Assembly (NCBI RefSeq): GCF_902764455.1 | Contig: NZ_CACWVY010000003.1 | Span: 19,548-83,547, forward strand | Source of the DNA: an uncultured Methanobrevibacter sp. | GTDB taxonomy: Archaea > Methanobacteriota > Methanobacteria > Methanobacteriales > Methanobacteriaceae | Length of the DNA: 64,000 nucleotides | Direction of reading: 5' to 3' | Part shown: positions 19,398 through 29,300 of the stretch, piece after piece | Position numbering within the stretch: the first letter of the stretch is position 1 | How the letters are laid out: each line of letters starts with the position of its first letter | Made by a program: the position numbers and the translations under genes | Notes under the pieces: model-generated | What the model was told of the DNA's origin: nothing | Database searches by the model: none | What the model saw: only the letters and a program-made list of their open reading frames with translations

Positions 19398-19791
19398 TAT
19401 TTTATGTTAATATATTTAACTTGATAACTTATAAATGTTTGCTTATACATCAAATAGTCGAAATAGAATTGATTTTTAATACATTTGCTGTTAATGTAAA
19501 AGTTGACTCATAATATTGAAAGAAAAAAGATATTACTTCATTTAATTAACGTTGAAATTAATTATTTTATAGGTCAAAATAAGACTTGTAGAATATAAAT
19601 GTTAAACACTAATTACCGACAAATCATCAAAAATTTCAATTTATTAATTTAATCAGCAAATAATACTTTAAAAAAGATATAAACATGTAAGATTGTACTT
19701 ACATTCAAAAAATTTTATATATTATTTATTAGAAACAAATTATTAAGTTTAATATCTAAAAAGACTACAAAAAAACTAACGAGGAATTAAA

Positions 19792-19974
19792 ATGAAAATG
19801 CATAAAATTTGTCCAAGATGCGGATCTAAAAATGTTGACTGGATTATCCCTCAAAACTGGTCACAATGCTGTTGTAAGGACTGTGACTACACAGGACCAA
19901 TCATTGAAGGAAATGATGAACTTGCAGAGGAAATCCATGAAGCATACTTAGAATCTTTAAAAGACAAAGAATAA
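19792..19974 (+). CDS. Small zinc-ribbon protein
   Basis: CPRCG...CKDC; GAGG RBS. Confidence 0.75.
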   Translation: MKMHKICPRCGSKNVDWIIPQNWSQCCCKDCDYTGPIIEGNDELAEEIHEAYLESLKDKE

Positions 19975-19978
19975 GGAC

Positions 19979-20791
19979 GTGAGAAATATGTTAGGATTAA
20001 ATAATAGAAATCAGGAAAATGAAGCAATCATAAAACCTCCAAGCAGCGATTCATATTCTATGATTTCCACCATATTTGCAAAAAACAATGAAATAAGCAT
20101 CAAAACATTATCACTCACAATACTCGATTTAATTAACAAAGATCAAATCAAATGCGATATTGATTTGGATGATACATATGAAGTAGGTAAAAAATTAACC
20201 CCTGAAGACATGGAAGTCATGAAAAAAATAACACTTAGAATTGCAAATAAAGGAGAATTAAAAACATCAGAAACCCTAGCAATTAACTTACTTAAAAATT
20301 TGAATAAAAATAAAAAATTCAACTTGAAGGCAATGGCAAAACAAACCCATAATGCTGCAAATGCCAACAAATTTGAAAAAGACCTTGCCGAATATGTCAA
20401 AGCCATTGAAAATGAAAATAATTATGATGGCAAAAACTACAAGGACATACTGGAAAACGGCAAATTAACAAAAAAAGGAAAAGAACTTAAAAAAGAATGG
20501 CAAAATTACCAAAATTACTTAAAATCACAGAATTTAACTGAAAAATACCCTCCGCAATCAGCAGAAGAAAATTCAATGCAAATCCTTTACGGTGCATGTT
20601 TTGACATTGAAAAAGATACATTGAAAATAAGGGAAAATAACACTTCTTTAACCAATTTTGTTGATAAGGACGGGTATAAATTATTGAACATAATTTTCAA
20701 TAATGCATTATTAAATGTGACTGAAAAAAGACGAGGAGATGGGATATTTTACGGAGTAAATGATAAATATACCATTCCCGGTGGAGGATAA
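19979..20791 (+). CDS. Hypothetical protein resembling the soluble C-terminal region of DUF2207 proteins
   Basis: TILDLINKDQI, LTKKGKELKKEWQNYQNYL, ILYGACFDI patterns. Confidence 0.5.
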   Translation: MRNMLGLNNRNQENEAIIKPPSSDSYSMISTIFAKNNEISIKTLSLTILDLINKDQIKCDIDLDDTYEVGKKLTPEDMEVMKKITLRIANKGELKTSETLAINLLKNLNKNKKFNLKAMAKQTHNAANANKFEKDLAEYVKAIENENNYDGKNYKDILENGKLTKKGKELKKEWQNYQNYLKSQNLTEKYPPQSAEENSMQILYGACFDIEKDTLKIRENNTSLTNFVDKDGYKLLNIIFNNALLNVTEKRRGDGIFYGVNDKYTIPGGG

Positions 20792-20836
20792 TCTCCACCA
20801 CTACAATAATAGTTATTAAAAAAAAGGTGATATAAA

Positions 20837-21520
20837 ATGGAATATGAAATACGCGGCGGAGCATTCCCTATGGTAATATGCACATTACAAAAAGGAGAAA
20901 CAATGAAAAATGAAACTGGAGCTATGGCTTTTATGACCTCCGATATGGAAATGGATACAAATACCGATGGAGGGCTTTTAAAAGGACTTGGAAGAGCACT
21001 ATCCGGAGATACATTGTTTTTTAATTTTTTCACAGCACAATCAGATAACCAGCAGATTGGATTTTCATCCTGTACCCCTGGAAAAATCATGGCAATCAAA
21101 TTAGATGGAACCAATACAATCATAGGCCAGAAAAATGCATTTTTGGCAGCAGAAAAAAGTGTGGACATTGACATTCATATAAGAACCAGACTCGGAGCAG
21201 GAATATTTGGTGGTGAAGGATTCATTCTCCAAAAGTTCAGCAACACAGGAATAGTATTTTTAGAAATTGACGGAGAAGTAATAGAGCATGACCTGCAACC
21301 TGGAGAAAAATTATTAGTTGACCCTGGACACATTGCAGCAATGGAAGAAAGCGTTGATTTTGACATTGAAAGAGTTAAAGGAGCCAAAAATATAATGTTC
21401 GGTGAAGGACTCTTTTTTGCAAGAATACAAGGTCCTGGAAAAGTATGGATACAAACCATGCCAATCAGCAGATTAGCTGAATCATTGATACCTTATTTAC
21501 CAAAACCAGACAGTAAATAA
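20837..21520 (+). CDS. AIM24/TIGR00266 family protein
   Basis: GETMKNETGAMAFM, GEGFILQKFS, VDPGHIAA, FGEGLFFARIQGPGKVWIQTMP. Confidence 0.9.
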   Translation: MEYEIRGGAFPMVICTLQKGETMKNETGAMAFMTSDMEMDTNTDGGLLKGLGRALSGDTLFFNFFTAQSDNQQIGFSSCTPGKIMAIKLDGTNTIIGQKNAFLAAEKSVDIDIHIRTRLGAGIFGGEGFILQKFSNTGIVFLEIDGEVIEHDLQPGEKLLVDPGHIAAMEESVDFDIERVKGAKNIMFGEGLFFARIQGPGKVWIQTMPISRLAESLIPYLPKPDSK

Positions 21521-21623
21521 GACATATTAGTCCAAATATTAATTATTAAAGGTTTATTTTAAAAATAAATCTTTTATAAACTTTTTTTACTAAATAATTT
21601 TAAAAAAAGAAAAAAGAATAAAA

Positions 21624-23354
21624 TTAATTATTCTTAATTGTAATTACAGTACTGTTTAATCCCAGTACTCTCGAGTAATCAATATTGTCAGATATTTTAT
21701 TTAAAATGCTGATATTGTCAAATTTCAAATCTTCATTTTCAACAACCGGATTGAATTCAACACCTGTGTCCTTAATAGAAATTAGAATATTTTCATCATT
21801 ATCTCTAACAATTACGTCAATATTTTCTACAGTTTCATTAGTGTTAATTATATTGACAAGCATTTCCTCAATAGCCATACTGACCAAAGTGGCAGATTTG
21901 TTCTCAGACAAATAGTTTTGAACATCGCTAGATAATTCAACAGCTTCTTTAACATCCCCACTAATAGTATGCTCAAATACTGATTGGTCATCATTATGTT
22001 TATTGATAAAGAATCCTGAATACTCACCATCAGTTTTTTTACTGATGTATCTTGAATAAACAAAGATGAACATTATTGTTATGGCTTCCGCTATTGCAAA
22101 TGAAATCCAAATTCCATCACCACCTATTGCTAATGCAAGTATTATTGCAAGAGAAATCGGCAACACAAGCCCCTCAAGTAATGAGATTATTGTTGACAAC
22201 TGATTCTTTTGTATTGCCTGAGAGTAGAAAGTATATAAAAATGTAATTGCAGTACCAACATAAGATATTGCAAATATTCTAAGCGCATTTAAAACAACAG
22301 GAACCTGTGCAGAGTCTTTAACACTATACAACAACAATAATGATTGAGGATAAACAATGAATAAAACTGACAATGCCAAACTTGAAATTAAAACAATCTT
22401 CAATGCTCTGTGGATAACATAATTAACTCCTGAATAATCCTCTTCCTTGAAGTAAACAGATACAATCGGAGACATGGTCTGTGCCGTTCCAATTAAGAAA
22501 ATGTATAATATAAATAAACTGTTATAACAAATTCCAAAAGCTACCAAACCGAATTTCCCAAAATAAAGACCTAATAAAAAGTTTATGATGTACAATTTTA
22601 ATGTCAAATATAATTGTGTTGATGCGGATGAAAATCCTGATGTTACAATCTTTTTAAGATAACTTAATAATGGTTTAACTTTCAATTTGATAAATTGCAG
22701 TGTGCGCTCTGGTTTAAAGAAATAATAGGATATAATGATAGAACCCACAATATACCCTGTTGAAGTTGCAAGTGCAGCACCAGACAGACCAAAATTTAAA
22801 AATTTAATATAAACAAAGTCAAAACAAATATTAACAATATTTGCTAATAGTATTGCCCTGAATGGTAAAGAAGGAATACCATCCGCCCTTATAAAATAAG
22901 ATAAACTCATCATATAACATAAGAAAGGCATACCTATGATTAATGCTTTGAAAAACAGATTTACATCCGGAACTAACTCTGGCTGTGAAGCACATAGCAT
23001 TTGAGAGATAGGTCCTGAAAACAGCAATCCTACAATCATGATTAGAATTCCAATAGTTAAAAGTGAAATAATTGAAACCGAAAAGTAACTGTTGGATCCT
23101 TCTTCATCAAATTCCGCTTTTGCAACAGAACACAGTACACTGCCTCCCAACCCAATCATCCAATAAATTAAATTAACAAATGTAATTACCGGAGCCACAC
23201 TTTGAATTGCTGACAGATTTCCTGCACCGATTAAAAAACTAACAATCAATCCGTCAACAAAAAGACAGATGTTTCCTGCCATTGATGTGAATAAAGTCGG
23301 CAGGAAAAATTCTGAAAATTTACTTCTCAATAAATTATAATTTCTCTCATACAT
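21624..23354 (-). CDS. MATE-family efflux transporter with C-terminal RsbW-like (HATPase_c) domain
   Basis: About 12 TM MATE body (IRADG.P, NICFD, GLSGAALATS, GDGIWISF) plus a tail with AIEEMLVNII..DTGVEFNP; 11 bp from the NRPS stop. Confidence 0.88.
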   Translation of the reverse strand: MYERNYNLLRSKFSEFFLPTLFTSMAGNICLFVDGLIVSFLIGAGNLSAIQSVAPVITFVNLIYWMIGLGGSVLCSVAKAEFDEEGSNSYFSVSIISLLTIGILIMIVGLLFSGPISQMLCASQPELVPDVNLFFKALIIGMPFLCYMMSLSYFIRADGIPSLPFRAILLANIVNICFDFVYIKFLNFGLSGAALATSTGYIVGSIIISYYFFKPERTLQFIKLKVKPLLSYLKKIVTSGFSSASTQLYLTLKLYIINFLLGLYFGKFGLVAFGICYNSLFILYIFLIGTAQTMSPIVSVYFKEEDYSGVNYVIHRALKIVLISSLALSVLFIVYPQSLLLLYSVKDSAQVPVVLNALRIFAISYVGTAITFLYTFYSQAIQKNQLSTIISLLEGLVLPISLAIILALAIGGDGIWISFAIAEAITIMFIFVYSRYISKKTDGEYSGFFINKHNDDQSVFEHTISGDVKEAVELSSDVQNYLSENKSATLVSMAIEEMLVNIINTNETVENIDVIVRDNDENILISIKDTGVEFNPVVENEDLKFDNISILNKISDNIDYSRVLGLNSTVITIKNN

Positions 23355-23365
23355 CGTTTATACTC

Positions 23366-26300
23366 CTAAACACTGAAGAAATCCAAGTCAACCAGATATT
23401 TAATGAAATTATAGATATATTCCTCAGAAACAAATGGCCATTTAATGCCTAAACGATACATAGACTGTATAGTATAAACATTATCAACAGGAAGCCAAAT
23501 CTTTTTAACCTTTCCGGAACCTATCGAAGTAATAAGACCGGAGACTCCTTCCTGTTTTGTTTTATCCGCAAGAGCTTCATCCAAAGCTTTTTGATATTCA
23601 TCATCCTCAACAGGCTGAATATCCAATCCTAAAGGTCTGATAATTTCAATAATATCACCGAAGCTTACACTATGATAATCATATGGATGGAATACTCTAC
23701 AGTCCTTTGGAGTTTTGGACAGATTCAAAATAGCTTTTGCAGTTGTATCAATTGGTGAGAATTCAACGTTATTCATCAACATTGAATAAGGCATTTTACC
23801 AATGGTTACAAATGCTTTTAAACGATTGATGAAACCATTTGACTCAAAGTTAATCTGGAACTCACTGTCTGAACTTCTGGCCATCAGGTTACCCACCCTC
23901 ATGATTTTAACATCTAAATCATCATCAACAGCAGCTTCTAAAACAGCACGTTCAGCTAAAAATTTACTGCTGAGATATTGGTTATCTACTTTTTGGCCAA
24001 TAAACAAATCATCTTCTTTAAATTTAACATCAACAGGAGGATAGTTATTAACACTTTCACCAGCAATACTGTATGTGGATACTTGGACATATTTAGCATT
24101 TTTCATTTTCGCAAATTTCAATCCGTTGATAACTCCTCCGAAGTTAATGTCTTCTATATCTGTTCCTGATGAGAAATGTTTTACATTAGCCGCACAGTTT
24201 ATAATTGTATCTATTCTTTCAGGCATAAGCTTTTCAAAGTCTTCAAAGCTTGTAATGTCCCCCTCAATAACATGTAACCTCTCATCGAATAATTCTGCAT
24301 ATTCATCGGAGAAGTAATAGAATAGTAATGATTTTAACCTTTCTGCACCACTAAGAACTTTATTTGCCCTTATGAAACAGTAAATCTCATCAGTTTCATT
24401 TTCTAAAATTTCATGCAGCACATGTATTCCTAAAAATCCAGTAGCACCTGTAAGCAAAATATTGCCCAAATCATCTTCAAATTCACCATTGACTAATGAT
24501 TCAATGTTGTTTTTCTTAAGCAAATTATTGATTTTAGTGTAATCATAAGACATTTCTGATTTTTTCTCAACTGTCTCATCAGATAAGATGAATTCAGACA
24601 ATGCTCTTGGAGTAGGATTTGAGAAAACATCCCCATAATTTAGATTATAATTCCTGTTTAATGCTTCCATAGTGATTTTAGTTACTAAAAGTGATGTTCC
24701 ACCTATCTCAAAGAAGCTGTCAGTGACACTTACTTCATCAAGTCCTAAAATTTCTGCAAATAACTCAGCAAAGAATGCTTCAATTTCATTTTCAGGAGCA
24801 ACATACTCAGTTATTAAGACAGGCTCAGGCAAGTTTCTCAAGTCTGTTTTACCATTAACCGTCTGAGGCATTTCATCAAGCTCCATATAGACAGTAGGAA
24901 CCATATAATATACCAGTTTTTCAGCAAGTGAAGCTTTTAAATCATCAATATCAATGGAATATTCGTTTTCTTCACGATTTTCATCTTTAATATCATCATG
25001 AACTGTGAAATAAGCACATAAGTGGTCATTGCCTTTAATTTTCTTTACAACAACTGCAACAGATTTAATTCCAGGATATTTTGAAAGTCCCACTTCAATT
25101 TCACCTATTTCGATTCTTAATCCTCTGAGTTTAATCTGATTATCCATTCTTCCGAATACATAATAATCCCCATTTTCAGTGACTTTAACAAAGTCTCCGG
25201 AATGATAAAACCGTATTCCATTAATCACTTCATAACTTTCAGCATTTTTCTCAGGACGGTTCAAGTACTCTCTTGAAACTCCTTTTCCACCAATATACAA
25301 TTCTCCAATAACATTTGGAGGTAATGGATTGGAGTCGAAGTCCATAACCATTTCATGAACATTAAATAATTCTTTTCCAATGTGGATGTCTGAGCTTTCA
25401 AGCAACTGACCGTTACAGTAAACTGTTGTTTCAGTTGGACCATACATATTAAAGATTTTACCATTGGAATTTTTGGAAAGCAAATCATATAATCTTGGTG
25501 AGAACGGTTCTCCCGCATGAATATAAACTTTAAATCCATACATAGTTTCCTGCATTGCTTCAATATCCAAATATTGGAGTAAACGTGAAGGAGTAGCAAC
25601 ATAAACATTTGCTCCAGTCCTGTTGATTAAATCCATCATCTCAATTGGATCTTTGTATTCAGTATCATTTGCAAATACCATAGGAACTCCATTTAAAAGA
25701 GATCCCATTAACTCTTGCTGGAATACATCGAAAGCAACAGTTGTTGTGGACAATACTTTATAATCCTCTTTTTCAAGATTGTGCACCAATTCATATGTAC
25801 ATACATTTCTCGGATCAGGATATGCAAAGTTTGCAATATTTCCATGTTCCAGAATAACTCCTTTTGGAAGTCCTGTTGAACCGGAAGTGTAAATAAGATA
25901 TGCCATATTGTTTGGATGCACATCAGGATCAGGATTGGAAATATCCGCCTCTTTAAGCAATTCATTAATATCCAATAAGTTTTCACTGTAATCGCTTAAA
26001 TCAATGCCTTTTCTGTCAATTACATCATCAACAATGATGAATTTAGATTCACTGTCAGTTAGAACATGCTCAATTCTTTCAGAAGGATATTCTGAATCAA
26101 CAGGAATAAAGGCAGCACCTGATTTTAAAATACCAAATACTGATGCCATTACATTACTATCTCTATTTAAGATAAACATTATCCTGTCTTCAGGACCAAC
26201 ACCCTTTTTAATAAGACTGTGAGCAATTCTATTAGCTTTTTCATTTAATTGAGAGTAAGTAAATTCACCGTCGGTAGCATATAATATTACTCTATCAGGA

Positions 26301-29300
26301 TGCAGTTCAACTTGTTTTTCAAATATCTTATTCAACCTCTCTTCAGGAATTTCATCATATTCCAAATCATCTACACCCCAATCATCATTTTCAATGATGG
26401 AAATATCTTTCATTAATGTATTTTTATCGAATGTTTGGAATTTATTTAAAACAATTCTAATACAATCGAGGAATGTATTAATTAAGGTTTCAGAGTATAA
26501 CTGGTCATTGTATTCACAGAAAATTCTGTATTGGCCATCAACTTCAACCACATTAATATTTATTTTGAATTTCAAGCCTTCGTAATCCAAAGATTCTCTT
26601 TCAACCTTCATCCCCCCGATTTCAATGTCTTCAATGATTTTTCCATGATATGCATATAATATTTCAGGAGTGATATCGAATTCATTTGAAATTTCTGTTA
26701 AAGGATATGAAGAATAAGTTAATACATTTAACCATTCTCCATTAATATATTCCATGTATTCCCTAAGACTTGAATCAGAATTTAATTTTAATGCTAAAGG
26801 TAATGTTTTAACCATCATGGCCAAGGTTTTTTGCTGGTTCGGATTGAATCTACCATTAGTAATAGTTGCAATCAATACATTACGGTTATAAACAAACTTG
26901 TTTAAAACAAAGGAGGTTGCTGCCAGGAATAAATTATTCTGACTCATGTTTGACTCAGAACAGAATTCATCAATGGACTGTTTATCAAGGAAAATATCTT
27001 TCATTGCAGCCTTACCCTGTGATTCATCACCGTTAATGTCCTGTGTAATTACTGTTGCATCATCAAACTCTTTAATTTTATTTGAAAAGAACAATTTTGC
27101 TTCCTCATATAAACTGGACTGTTCTGTTTTTATCTCATTTAATGAATATTCAAATCCGTCAAGTTCTTCTAAATCATAGTCTTTTCCATCATATATTTTG
27201 GATATTTCATCGAACAAAATATTGAGAGATGTTCCATCAACAATAATATGGTGGAAATCAGCAAGCAGCATTGAATTTCCAACTATCTTGAATCTGAATA
27301 ATGGTCCCTCATCAAGTTTAAATGGGGTGACAAATTCATCCAAATTAATTTCATCGACTGTTTCAATTAAATCATCGACTTTGAGATTATCTCTTCTTTG
27401 CTGATAAACTTCACCTTTCTCCATTACTATCCTTGTTTTTAAGTATGGGTGATTTTCAATAGCTTTGACTATTGAAGATTTGAGTTTATCCACGTCAATA
27501 CCTTCACTGAATTCCATTTTCTTTGGAAGGTTGTAAGCAGTATTTTCAGGATCTTTAATACAGTCAAAGTAAACACCAAGCTGATTTGAAGTTAACGGAT
27601 ACAATTCCTGAACTTCACCAGCAACGTCATCTTCAATTTTAATTTCAGATGCAATTTTTTCGATGGTTTTGTATCTCAATATTTCTGTAACATTCAACTG
27701 TGCATTGAAATTGTTATAAATTGCAGAAGTTAATTTAATTACAGATAAAGAAGTCAGACCTATGTTAAATAAATCAGTGTTTACACCAAATTCATCAATT
27801 CCTAAAATTTCAGAGACAATATCAAATAATTCTTTTTCTATATCTGTTCTAGGTTTTATGAATTCATCAACATTAATTTCAGGGTCAGGTAAATTCTTAA
27901 AGTCAGTTTTACCATTAGGTGTTTTAGGAAACGCTTCAAGCTGTGTGAAATATGACGGAACCATGTATTCAGGTAAAGAATCTATTAAATGCTGTTTTAA
28001 ATCATCAATGTCAATATCACATGAAGCTGTGAAATAAGCACAGAGATGTTCAATAGAATTAATCTTTTTAACAACAACTTTTGAAAGAGTGACATTTTCA
28101 TAATTCGCAATAGCTCCTTCGATTTCAGACAGCTCAATTCTCAAACCTCTAAGTTTAATTTGAGTATCATTACGTCCTGAAACATACAATTCTCCATTAT
28201 CATCCCGTTTACCTAAATCTCCAGTATTATAATATGGAATATCATTTAAGGTTAAAAAGACCTTTTGAGTCTGTTCATCATTGCCCAAATAGCCTCTTGC
28301 AATTCCAGCTCCACCAACATAAATTTCTCCAGTCACATGAGCAGGCAATTGATTTCCATCGATATCCATTATCTTATCAACTACATTAAGCATTTTCCAA
28401 CCTGCAGTGACCTTATTGGAATCCATCAGCTTATAATGTGATGCAATTGTAACTTCAGTTGGTCCGTATGAATTGTAAATATCCGCATCAGTGTATTTTG
28501 TAAGTCTGTCATATAACACTGGAGGGAATCCTTCCCCACCTACAATAATCACATTACATTTTCCAACAACATCCTGGATTTCTTCAATTTGAAGATATTC
28601 AAGTAATCTGGTAGGTGTGGAACCGAATCCTTCAGCATCAGTTGCATTGAATAATTCAACTAATTCCAACGGATCCATTGCCTGTTCATCATTAGCAAAT
28701 ACAACAGGCAGACCATTTAAAATTGTACCGAATATTTCCCTTAGGAATACGATAAATGAAACTGTGGAAATGGATATGAACTTACTGCATTTGTGATTCA
28801 GCTCATAAATCGGAACATTTTCCTCAACATTGGCAACATAGTTTGTAATTCCTCTGTGAGTAATCATTACCCCTTTTGGTTTTCCTGTTGAACCTGAAGT
28901 ATAAATCAGGAAACATAAATTATCAGGAGTTAATTCAATTTGAGGATTGGAATCATCATCTTCTTTGAGGAGTTCATCAACATCTATCCGATTTTCACCT
29001 TCATAGTCAATTTCAGAACTGGTTATGACAAATTTGGAGTCACTGTCGTCAAGAATTTGTTCAATCCTGTTTTTTGGATAATTCGGATCAATCGGAATGA
29101 ATGCTGCTCCCGCTTTAACAATACCTAAAACTGCAGCAATCAAATCACTGTTCCTCCTCATCATGAACATTACTCTGTCTTCAATGTTAACTCCTCTTTT
29201 GATTAAAGCATTGGCGATTTTATTGGCTTTTTTATTTAATTCATCATATGTGAGTTCGCAGTCTTCAGCATAAAGGATTGTCTTTTGAGGATTTTCAGCT

